Assembly (NCBI GenBank): GCA_020353515.1
Contig: CP070695.1
Location: forward strand, 3,009,428 to 3,073,427
DNA length: 64,000 bases
Origin: Candidatus Heimdallarchaeota archaeon
GTDB lineage: Archaea > Asgardarchaeota > Heimdallarchaeia > Hodarchaeales > Hodarchaeaceae
Direction: 5' to 3'
The notes beneath the pieces are model-generated. The model was not told where the DNA came from, did no database searches, and saw only the letters and a program-made list of their open reading frames with translations. The translations under genes were made by a program, and so were the position numbers. Positions 38,944-47,486 of this stretch are shown here, piece after piece; the first letter of the stretch is position 1; the number at the start of each line of letters is the position of its first letter.

Positions 38944-41697
38944 CTAGATTTTTTTCATCTTTTTCTGTTTCTCAAATAATTTCTGAGTTAAAAAATCCCC
39001 AACTTTTTCCATTTTATCATCGATTGTAACCAGTTGTGTTTCGGAATGCTCTTTTTCTGGTTTCGGAACGCTGAATATAGACAGTATTCCAACAATCTGA
39101 TTTTCTTGATTCATAACTGGAAGTATTGACTCTCCAGTGACTGAAAAGACTCCCCAGGCTTCTTTCAGAGTTTGATTTAACGTGAATGTATAGTGTATGG
39201 GAAAAGCTACTTCATAGACTCGGATATTATCTAATTTATTTATCTTTTGAGCCCTATTGAAGGGAATTATTCCTGTAGGAACACCTGTTTCTGTTACTAT
39301 CCATGTCTTTTTTTGTGCATTAGGACTCACTAAATCAGTTGTAAATTGATCCCATTCAACAACATCGAAGTTATCCTGAATATAATCATTGATAGAATTA
39401 TCAGCGTTCCTTATTTCAGATAAATCTTTTGAAATTTTATCAAAATCGAACGAATATTCTATTGGTGTCTTTATCAATTTAATTGCTTCACTAGTTACTA
39501 ATATAGAGGAAAAAGATTTTCCTATGGTACCATTAGCGTAAAAATCTGATTCTTTCTCTTCATAGATACGGTGATTGTGCCCTACAACAATTTTTAGATT
39601 CTTCAGTCTCTTTAGAGATCTGAATTTGGAAATATGTTGATCCATTGGTGGTCTGAAATCTTTCCAGAAACCAAGGTCACCGTGTTCGATCCAGATGTTT
39701 TCGTCGGTATAGTGATTACCAAGAAAATGAATATCTAATTCTCGTTTTAATTTATCTCGGAATTTGTCATAGAAGCTTTCAGGGTCATGGTTACCAGCAA
39801 TTATATGGATTCTTTGGTTTCCTAGTGAATTTTGGATTTGTGATAATTCATTGAGAAGAGAGACTCCTTCTTTGTCTGTTTCTTCTAGCTCGTTTACTCT
39901 ATCAATGTTTAGAACATCACCAGCGATAATAATGGACCTAACTTGATTTTTAATACCTATTTTCTTTATTTCTACAAGACATTTTTTAGCAAGTTTATTA
40001 TTGAGTCCCCAATGGAGATCAGAAAAAACGAGGAGAGGATATGCAATCGGTTCGTGTCTTTCTTCCGATTCTTCTGGTTCCAGATTTTCGAGAATATTAC
40101 CATAAACTTCTTTCATGGTGCTTCTTAAGTCATTATTCATCAATTCTAAAGCATCAATGGGCAATTCATTAGTTAGTTTGTATTTTAATTGAGATAAAAT
40201 AGTATATCCTTGGATAAGCTTATTACTTTGCTCCTCTGTTATAATGTTCCTTTCCATGGCTACTTTAAAGCGGTCGATTGTGGAAGAAGTAAATGTTGTT
40301 TCTGTAAGAACCGCAAAAATAGTACCAATATCTTGTAAAGCAGTTAACGCAGAAAATTTCTTAAATATCGAATCCCATGTATAGGGAGCACAAACTCTTA
40401 AGTATTCTCCTAATTTATCCGTTTCATTATCAAAAAAATCAGTTACTCGTAATAAAATTGGAATCAGTTCATGAAACGATTTTTTGGCGGCTTGAGTAAT
40501 TGATCTTCTCAAATAATCCCCCTTTCCGATCGGTTTTTCATAAATGGGAATCATATCAATGATCGATTTATAGATAGACCAGCAATACTTACTTATTCCA
40601 TCCTTCCGCTCTTCAGGAGACAACGGAGTTTTTCGAAGTTGTTCTATAGACCTTAACATTTTATCGAGTTCGATTCTCTGATTTTTCTCTAAATAACTTT
40701 CATCACCTTTCAGAAATGCTCGCAAAATATTCGATATAGAATTCTCATGAAAATTAAGATTTTTTAAATTCTCCATCTTACATAATTCAAGGTTGGGAAC
40801 ATATCTCAAAACATTGTCCAGAGTTTCACCTACTTGTAAAAATTGTTTGTTATTTCCTTCGTGAATCAGAAGCATGTCCAAATCAGAGTTCTTAGAATAC
40901 TCACCCCTTGCATACCCTCCACAGATACCAATTATGAAGTTACTTGGAATCCCTACCTTTAGATGGTTATCTGGGTTAACTTGGAGGAGACGATTGAACT
41001 CTTGATTTTTTTCTGCTAACAACACAGCACTTTCAAATAGAAGCATTAAGCGTGAAAAGAGATTGGATGATGTTCTTTCACACCAAATTGATCCCATATA
41101 AGTACTTATTTGCTTCATATTCCAGTTAAGTTTAGCTGTTTCTTTTAAATTCCGATAAGAGAGAAATTGCTCCAACTTTGGAGGACGAGAATGGGGAGTA
41201 GAAGAATAGATATATTCAAAAAGGAGATTGGTTGAGCTGAGAAAATCAGGAAGAACGGTAACTGCCTCATTCATAGGTCCCTTTATTATGATGAGATCGT
41301 AAATGTTTACTGAATTGTTATTCCTTTTTAATAACAAGATACTATCAATAAGCTTGATCTCACCAAGAGTATTGAAAAGCTCCCAATAACCCGATCTAAT
41401 CATTTTATGGTTAATTATATTCTCAAAAAGGTCAATGGAAGATTTTATCACATTGCTTTTCGAAAAACGGTCTTTTGATAGTTTTTTTGGATCTATCCAG
41501 TCATCATCTAAGAAGAATATCCCTTTTTTAAACAGACGATCTTCTGGAAGATGAAAAACTTCCCCTTCCTGTGTTAGTAGAAGACTAATGGCTGGAGTTG
41601 AGATATATTTAAGATCTTCTAGGGATAATATCTTCTGTAAAAATTTTTGATCATCTAAATAAAACTGTAAAGTTTTTATTGCACTAGGAAAATCCAT
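38944..41697 (-). CDS. Multidomain protein: GlnD/GlnE-type nucleotidyltransferase + helical domain + calcineurin-like metallophosphoesterase + CBS-like domains
   Basis: NTase GGYARGEYSKNSDLDMLLIH (40920-40861); phosphoesterase motifs SDLH, GD, GNHD, HGD, GHNH; C-terminal QTLKEAW..F......LPVMNQENQIVGILS (CBS). Start set at ATG 41697, 2 nt after the upstream stop (track start 41742). Confidence 0.8.
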   Translation of the reverse strand: MDFPSAIKTLQFYLDDQKFLQKILSLEDLKYISTPAISLLLTQEGEVFHLPEDRLFKKGIFFLDDDWIDPKKLSKDRFSKSNVIKSSIDLFENIINHKMIRSGYWELFNTLGEIKLIDSILLLKRNNNSVNIYDLIIIKGPMNEAVTVLPDFLSSTNLLFEYIYSSTPHSRPPKLEQFLSYRNLKETAKLNWNMKQISTYMGSIWCERTSSNLFSRLMLLFESAVLLAEKNQEFNRLLQVNPDNHLKVGIPSNFIIGICGGYARGEYSKNSDLDMLLIHEGNNKQFLQVGETLDNVLRYVPNLELCKMENLKNLNFHENSISNILRAFLKGDESYLEKNQRIELDKMLRSIEQLRKTPLSPEERKDGISKYCWSIYKSIIDMIPIYEKPIGKGDYLRRSITQAAKKSFHELIPILLRVTDFFDNETDKLGEYLRVCAPYTWDSIFKKFSALTALQDIGTIFAVLTETTFTSSTIDRFKVAMERNIITEEQSNKLIQGYTILSQLKYKLTNELPIDALELMNNDLRSTMKEVYGNILENLEPEESEERHEPIAYPLLVFSDLHWGLNNKLAKKCLVEIKKIGIKNQVRSIIIAGDVLNIDRVNELEETDKEGVSLLNELSQIQNSLGNQRIHIIAGNHDPESFYDKFRDKLKRELDIHFLGNHYTDENIWIEHGDLGFWKDFRPPMDQHISKFRSLKRLKNLKIVVGHNHRIYEEKESDFYANGTIGKSFSSILVTSEAIKLIKTPIEYSFDFDKISKDLSEIRNADNSINDYIQDNFDVVEWDQFTTDLVSPNAQKKTWIVTETGVPTGIIPFNRAQKINKLDNIRVYEVAFPIHYTFTLNQTLKEAWGVFSVTGESILPVMNQENQIVGILSIFSVPKPEKEHSETQLVTIDDKMEKVGDFLTQKLFEKQKKMKKI

Positions 41698-41699
41698 TT

Positions 41700-43670
41700 T
41701 CAATCTTCCATTAATTGTTTCAAGCCCAGTGTTGTGATCCAATCAGGCCTCCCTAATTGCATAGAATCTTCAGGTGGGATAAAATTGAGGTCTTTGAGAG
41801 TCTCGAGAGCTTCCATTCGTATAAACGAGGATTCCTCTGGATCAATGAATATCTTAAATACTGGCCTAGTGATACTTGATGTCTCGTGCTTTGCCAAGGC
41901 TTCTAACGAAGCCTGTCTTAGAAGTTCATTAGAAGACCGTTCTATTACTGAATTTAGAAGAAAGTCAGTTACTTCTGAATTGGGAAATGTTCCTAGATTT
42001 CTTAGGGCTATCGCTCTAATTATAATAGAGAGGTTTTCATCCTTGGCAATAGCAATCAATATTTCTTCATTGATCCCATGTCGCGCGAGGAAATCCACAA
42101 TGGACCTTTGAACAGGGATGGGAGATTCTTTAATTGCCTCTAGAGTATTAAACGATTGATGTAAATTACTTGAAAACCAAGAAAGAGAGTCAAGAGCTCT
42201 TCCTCTAAGGAATGGGTCATCCATTTTATTTTCAGCAATGGTCTTGAGGAAAGGTACGAGATTAAAGCCGACTCTACTGATGAGAATTCTTAGAGCAAGT
42301 TCACGGAGCTGAAAAGGTTGTGTTGAATCTTCTAAAATGTTAAAGTATTTGGTAGTGATATGATTGGTAGATAGAACAGATTTAATTGCTGATAAACTTG
42401 CATCAGGAAACTCATCAAATATTTTTCTCCGTAGAAGTTGTGCAGATTCTTTTAATTTGTTCTCGGGAATTCCTTGACCAGAAACATGAATAGAGGCTCG
42501 AGAATTATGAGGGTGTACTTCAAAAGAGATTTCTGGAGATTTCTTAGCAAACTCCTCTACTTGATAAGTTAAATGAAATTCCTCTGCGCCCTCAATTTCG
42601 AACCCCACCTTGGAAGAAATGTGGTGTTGTAAATAATTCAGACAAAGCCACTTAAGAGATGCTAACTCATAAGGATTTTCGAGAATTTCAGTTATTAACT
42701 GATTAATTTTCTCCTCTTTCAACTTAAGTGGTAAATTTCTAATAATTTTACTTCTCTCTTCAAGTGGAACCTTTCTATTAAACAATAACTTCCATTCTTC
42801 ATGCCTTCTATAACTGGAAACACTTCCAAATAACAACTCTTCTTCATTTTTCGCGGTTTTTATACCAGGATGATTTTTTATTGTTTCAATAAGCTTTACA
42901 ATGTCTTCCAGTTCAGTTTCTCCCTCGAATCCTTTCTCAATGAGCTCCTGTTTTGATAACATTTCCGTGGAGTCATCAATAATCTTCAGGAGGGAGTAAA
43001 TATTATCAATGATGGGATTGACGGAAAATTTTTGCTTAACTCTGAAGAATCTGAAGGTGCATCTAGGAAATCCCTCTGCGATCGTTTCTTCACGCTCAAA
43101 CCTTACCCACTTGGCCACATTTTTAGCAATAATTCCATCATATTCACACATAATTGACCCAAGATCTTCACGGCCGAATTCCTTGAAGATTTCATGATAA
43201 AGGCAACGATTGATATCAAAAGCAAACTCCTCCTCGGTAGCTGAAATCTCTTGAAGTTTGAAGAATTCATTATCATAGGTTTTTTGATTACTTTTTCTAG
43301 TATTTTCGACAAAAGTTGACCAAGGATTTTTGGAAGAGGACATGAATCGTCTCTGTGGTTCTAAGACAAAATCTTCCAGCATTACCTTATAAATTGTTAA
43401 TACATGTTCTGTTAGTTGCTTTTTATCTTTTTCAGTAGATGGAAGTGATTCCTCTAGAGCTATAACAAACAAAGGATTTATTCCATGAAAAATTATTGTT
43501 TCATTTTGTTTTTCTTTTAATTTACCAAATAGTTCACTAAATCGCGTAGTAAAAGAGGAAAGGATTTTTTCGCTCTCTTCCGAATTAAAAGCGTTTTTTA
43601 TTTGATTAGATGTTAAAGTAATAATAAACTGGAATAACTGATCCATGTCAAAAGTCGCAGCCATTTTCAT
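41700..43670 (-). CDS. ATC-hydrolase/V4R-like domain + wHTH-like domain + HEAT-repeat protein
   Basis: FDINRCLYHEIFKEFG..DLGSIMCEYD...FEREETIAEGFPRCTFRF. The middle domain resembles the 43777-44169 product. C-terminal repeats LRELALRIL, LRGRALDSL, IRAIALRNL, LRQASLEAL, IRMEALETL. Confidence 0.75.
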   Translation of the reverse strand: MKMAATFDMDQLFQFIITLTSNQIKNAFNSEESEKILSSFTTRFSELFGKLKEKQNETIIFHGINPLFVIALEESLPSTEKDKKQLTEHVLTIYKVMLEDFVLEPQRRFMSSSKNPWSTFVENTRKSNQKTYDNEFFKLQEISATEEEFAFDINRCLYHEIFKEFGREDLGSIMCEYDGIIAKNVAKWVRFEREETIAEGFPRCTFRFFRVKQKFSVNPIIDNIYSLLKIIDDSTEMLSKQELIEKGFEGETELEDIVKLIETIKNHPGIKTAKNEEELLFGSVSSYRRHEEWKLLFNRKVPLEERSKIIRNLPLKLKEEKINQLITEILENPYELASLKWLCLNYLQHHISSKVGFEIEGAEEFHLTYQVEEFAKKSPEISFEVHPHNSRASIHVSGQGIPENKLKESAQLLRRKIFDEFPDASLSAIKSVLSTNHITTKYFNILEDSTQPFQLRELALRILISRVGFNLVPFLKTIAENKMDDPFLRGRALDSLSWFSSNLHQSFNTLEAIKESPIPVQRSIVDFLARHGINEEILIAIAKDENLSIIIRAIALRNLGTFPNSEVTDFLLNSVIERSSNELLRQASLEALAKHETSSITRPVFKIFIDPEESSFIRMEALETLKDLNFIPPEDSMQLGRPDWITTLGLKQLMED

Positions 43671-43710
43671 CCATTCCAGATGTCCACTGAAGCTATGTTT
43701 TTACTTGTTT

Positions 43711-43750
43711 ATAAATACATTTATATATATTAAGAGATACATTTATGTAC
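43711..43750. promoter_or_regulatory. Divergent promoter with ATACATTTAT direct repeat and TATA-like tracts
   Basis: ATACATTTAT at 43715-43724 and 43737-43746 (22-bp period), flanking TTTATATATA. Confidence 0.45.
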
Positions 43751-43776
43751 TAGTTATTGTACTCACAGGGAATAAT

Positions 43777-44169
43777 ATGAGTTCCAAAAACAGAAAAAAA
43801 AGGCTTAAAAGAACCTTAAAGCAAAGAGCAGAAGAAATTTTTCGTTTTATTAACAAAAGCAGTGAACCAATCGCTAAATCCCGATTTAAAGATATTGGTC
43901 TAAGTACAACATCAGCAGATAACTGGTTAGACTTGATAATCTATATTCAAAATCAAAATCGCCTTCGATTATTCAAAGCTGGTAGTTATACTTTCGTTGA
44001 CAAACAAGTATTTATTGACCGAATATCATCGAGTAAGTACCTCCAATTATGTTGGAATAACTTTCTAAATCCAGAGGAACCTTATGAAAAACGCCTTGGT
44101 TACTTAAATGACTTTGGAAATGCTTATTTTTTCCTAGAAAGAGCAAAACTTGATCAAGTGGAAAAATAA
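43777..44169 (+). CDS. Small basic putative DNA-binding (wHTH-like) protein
   Basis: Start moved to ATG 43777 because the longer ORF overlaps the divergent gene and its promoter. Basic N-terminus KNRKKRLKR; helix-turn-helix-like pattern RAEEIFRFI...IAKSRFKDIGLS...ADNWLDLI, then a beta-hairpin-like segment. Confidence 0.65.
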   Translation: MSSKNRKKRLKRTLKQRAEEIFRFINKSSEPIAKSRFKDIGLSTTSADNWLDLIIYIQNQNRLRLFKAGSYTFVDKQVFIDRISSSKYLQLCWNNFLNPEEPYEKRLGYLNDFGNAYFFLERAKLDQVEK

Positions 44170-44217
44170 TCCCGCTAAGCATTAGTTTTATTGGTTACTT
44201 TCGACTAATCAAAATTA

Positions 44218-44920
44218 TCAATTAAATACGATACCATACTGATTTTCATAAATGGTGTTGCGTCTTATTGTAGTTTTATTAGATGAATCTCCAATCCAAA
44301 TTCCAGCTTCTACACTATTAGTTATAGTATTATTAGTAAGAGTAGCTGGGCCAGGGCAAGCTTCAATTCGAATTCCATTTAGATTAGTATTTTCTACTTT
44401 GTTATCTGAAATTATTAAGTTTCCTGAAAAATATGCCCCTATTCCTAGAATATCAATATTCTCCACAATATTTTCATCGACAATCCCATTGATGACATTA
44501 TAGAAGAGTATTCCTCCCCAAGTCTCCGTTAGACCATTGAGATAGTTATCTCTAATGATGAAATAAACATTAGTATCATGGATCACAATTAAATCTCCAT
44601 AAGAATCAGTAATATTGTATCCTTCTATGATAAATGTATTACTAGAAGTCCCATCACCAGGCCAGTCTTCCATTACGGCTATCTCCCTAAAATGATCAAT
44701 TCCATAGATAATTATACGTTCATGGGTTTCATATTGCACGAAACCAAGACTCGAATGGATCGTTTTTGATGCTTTTCTCGGACAAAAGGGTCGTATATTC
44801 AGATTGTTTGACTTCTTAAAGGATTCCCTCACCGTATTCACACATACAATGCAATTAAAAGAAACGATCAAGGGGAAAAACAGTATTAAGAGTAAAAAGG
44901 TGGATCTAATCTGTACCTGA
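44218..44920 (-). pseudogene. Truncated right-handed beta-helix (NosD/CASH) surface protein
   Basis: H..I.I.G...F......W.GDGT..N.FIIEGYNI followed by GI.....N.I..N repeats. It stops after about 5 repeats with no anchor. The in-frame signal-like segment upstream of 44871 (STFLLLILFFP) lacks a canonical start. Confidence 0.6.
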
Positions 44921-45180
44921 TAAGAGATAATTATTCAACCTTAATATCCTTTCTTCGGTTAAGATTCCTGAAACATTATTAAAATATTGGGAGAATGAAA
45001 GTATACAATCTTCAGTCATAATGATAGCTATACCGTCATTTTCTTAAATGAGTCTGAAATACTTCTTGGACGAAACCTAACTGCTTGAAACAAGATTACA
45101 GAGTTTAAGAGATTTTTAAATTCAATAATCTTCCATCAACACCCTCTCAAAGCTGATTAGCTTTTTATCATTGTAGGTAC

Positions 45181-45300
45181 TTGAATAAAAGAAAATACAT
45201 CGTTATCAGGATCTTTAAAGGTAAATTCTCAATTTCTACAAGCCTTATCATAAATATCATCACTATGATGATTTCTACCTGATTTCGATATCTTTCATAC
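45181..45300 (-). pseudogene. Degenerate duplicate of the 3' end of the VOC gene (46947-47336)
   Basis: 26-nt identity ATCAGGATCTTTAAAGGTAAATTCTC at 45205-45230 and 46995-47020, plus collinear matches (TGAATAAAAG, AATATCATCA, CTACCTGATTTCGATAT). Confidence 0.8.
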
Positions 45301-45446
45301 GAAATTTAAGACACTTGATTCTTAAGCCTGTTACAAAAGAAAATTCTGTATTTGATTCTGATTATTTCCAAGAATTATCAATCGACAATCGAAAGATATT
45401 GCACCATTCTCTTCATTTATTAATGCAGGAACGATTTGAGTGTACC

Positions 45447-46430
45447 ATGAAATTCCTTCAGAAGCTTTTGAAAGAAATTGCTTTAATTGGCATTCTTGTT
45501 ATTACATCTGGAGTGGTTATCGCAGGCGTAGTTCTTGCTTCCCATTCTATGAATGAACTAAACAATGCTACCAATTCTAATGATGAGATTCGTGTAACAC
45601 TATTAAATAACGCGGGAGTAATGATAGAAGCAGAAGACACCAGGATCTACATTGATCCCTATAATTTATCATCTAATTATTCTGATTATCCTGCTGATGC
45701 AATTTTCATCACCCATAATCATGGCGACCATTATGATATAACGTCAATCGATCTCATTAGAACTAATGATACTAGTTTTTACTTTCCAGCCGTTATGATC
45801 GTGGAAATATTCCGATATGGTGCAAATCCCGTAGTTCCTGAAGATACGTTTGAAATCAATGATTTCAATGTTCGCTGCTTCTATATGTACACGATGCCTG
45901 GATCAGATCAATCAAGCCATCCTCGGGAATTTAATTATACCAGTTATATTATTGAAATTAATGGTTTTGCAATTTTTCATGCCGGTGATTCCTGGAATAT
46001 TGATGAGTACGTGCAATTATCTGGTGAGATAGATCTAGTTCTTCTACCTCTTGGTCCAGGGTGTCAAACAATGACTGAGATAGATGTTGTCTCAGTAATA
46101 GCTACTATTGATCCCAGTTATTTCATACCCATTCATTTCACTGAGGAGGTAAAGGAGTCATTTATTGATCAATATAATGATACCATTGAGGGTTCGGGCT
46201 GTGATATCATAGATCTAGATTCTTTCGAATCATATACATTTGATCCACCTGACATAACAATTGATCCAACAGATGAGACGACTGATAATATCACAACTGA
46301 TGACACAACAAATAACACAACAACTGATATTGGATCAAATACCCCTGGATTTTCGCTGTCAGCAGCCATCTTAGCGGGAGTATGTTTGCTAATCTGGCAG
46401 ATAAAGAAAAAGAAGTATGACTCCAATTAA
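45447..46430 (+). CDS. Secreted MBL-fold metallo-hydrolase with PGF-CTERM-like anchor
   Basis: Signal peptide from ATG 45447; THNHGDH, FHAGDS, IPIH; Thr/Asp linker, TPGF, TM and KKKK. Confidence 0.85.
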   Translation: MKFLQKLLKEIALIGILVITSGVVIAGVVLASHSMNELNNATNSNDEIRVTLLNNAGVMIEAEDTRIYIDPYNLSSNYSDYPADAIFITHNHGDHYDITSIDLIRTNDTSFYFPAVMIVEIFRYGANPVVPEDTFEINDFNVRCFYMYTMPGSDQSSHPREFNYTSYIIEINGFAIFHAGDSWNIDEYVQLSGEIDLVLLPLGPGCQTMTEIDVVSVIATIDPSYFIPIHFTEEVKESFIDQYNDTIEGSGCDIIDLDSFESYTFDPPDITIDPTDETTDNITTDDTTNNTTTDIGSNTPGFSLSAAILAGVCLLIWQIKKKKYDSN

Positions 46431-46884
46431 ATGAAGAATGGAATAAATCGCTTAGTCCTCTGTATGTATTGGATATATTCCTCCCCAAATTTTTCATTCA
46501 TTGCTTCCTCTTCTCTCTTTATTCTAAAAATGATTACCATGATTGTGACACCGAATGGTAATCCAAAATACCAGCTCGCGAATAACAGTGACAAGCCAAT
46601 ACCCACAGTGATCAGAGCTGTGTACATCGGATGTCTAACATAACGATATGGACCTGTAGTTATCAAAGATTGTTCTTCCCGAATATGTAATAAAGTTAAG
46701 TAGTTTTGACCTAAATAAAGCTGTGTTGAAAATTCAACACAGATTCCTAAGACTGCAAGAATTACACCTATCCATCTTATCCACAATGGAAAAGGAAGTG
46801 AAGACCAATCTAGAAATAGCGGGTTTATGATGAACAAATACTAAATATCAGATGTAATAATTCATTTTCGGTCATCATAGACAT
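46427..46884 (-). pseudogene. ICMT-family methyltransferase with apparent internal deletion/frameshift
   Basis: 46427-46837 carries LITTGPYRYVRHPMYT and EEE....KFGEEY..Y...T.RFIP. The likely native start (ATG 46884, MSMMTENELLHLIFSI, AGGAAG upstream) is out of frame and joins it directly, so N-terminal TMs are missing. Confidence 0.65.
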
Positions 46885-46946
46885 CTTCCTAGTCATCTGT
46901 ATGTGATTCAATTCATTTCTTATGAACTTTGGTTCTTATCACTAAA

Positions 46947-47336
46947 TTAAAGGTTTCTTGGCTTGAGTTTTGAATAAAAGGAAATTAAATACCCATCAGG
47001 ATCTTTAAAGGTAAATTCTCGATCTCCCCACGCTTTATTTTCAATATCATCAATTACTCCTACCTGATTTCGATATTTTTCATAGATTTGATCCACATCT
47101 TCGACTTGAATATAGAACTGAACTCCAGACCCATCAATCCCTCGTGGATGTAACTTGTGGTTGATGTCAGAGAAGGTTTTTCCAATACCAAAACGATCGT
47201 CTCCAATACGAACACAAACCCATGTTGGATCTTTTTTATTTGGATAATATTTATCTATCTTAAATCCCAAAATATCTCGGTAAAATTGAATTGAATTCTC
47301 AATATTGGACGCGTAAATCATAGGCTCTAATTTCAT
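46947..47336 (-). CDS. VOC/glyoxalase family protein
   Basis: SIQFYRDILGF, YIQVEDVD, WGDREFTFKDPDGY; start set at ATG 47336. Confidence 0.9.
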   Translation of the reverse strand: MKLEPMIYASNIENSIQFYRDILGFKIDKYYPNKKDPTWVCVRIGDDRFGIGKTFSDINHKLHPRGIDGSGVQFYIQVEDVDQIYEKYRNQVGVIDDIENKAWGDREFTFKDPDGYLISFYSKLKPRNL

Positions 47337-47486
47337 TATCTTCCTGCATCCTTCCGATAAATAGACAATTTTAATTGAGGAAATTAAGAGGTTTTGGAAC
47401 AAGCGAATCATGCATGAAAGCTTATATCTGAGGTGCGAGAGAAGAATTTATCCACTTTTATTTGAAATAGAAGGTGTAAATCACTT

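Noticed and set aside
38944-41697. CBASS CD-NTase or MNT-HEPN toxin-antitoxin
   Set aside because: The motif is GGYARGE..SDLD (GlnD/GlnE-like) rather than the GSY....T.....SD.D of CD-NTases, and there is no adjacent Cap effector or HEPN gene. Second-messenger synthesis is kept only as an alternative hypothesis.
43645-43776. Hydrophobic N-terminal extension of ORF 43645-44169 as a TM segment
   Set aside because: It overlaps the start of the divergent gene and translates the AT-rich promoter; ATG 43777 is the more plausible start.
8152-46430. Beta-lactam resistance or biosynthesis cluster (serine hydrolase, C45, two MBL folds)
   Set aside because: The genes are scattered, belong to broad hydrolase superfamilies, and lack specific class A-D or B1-B3 signatures and biosynthetic partners.
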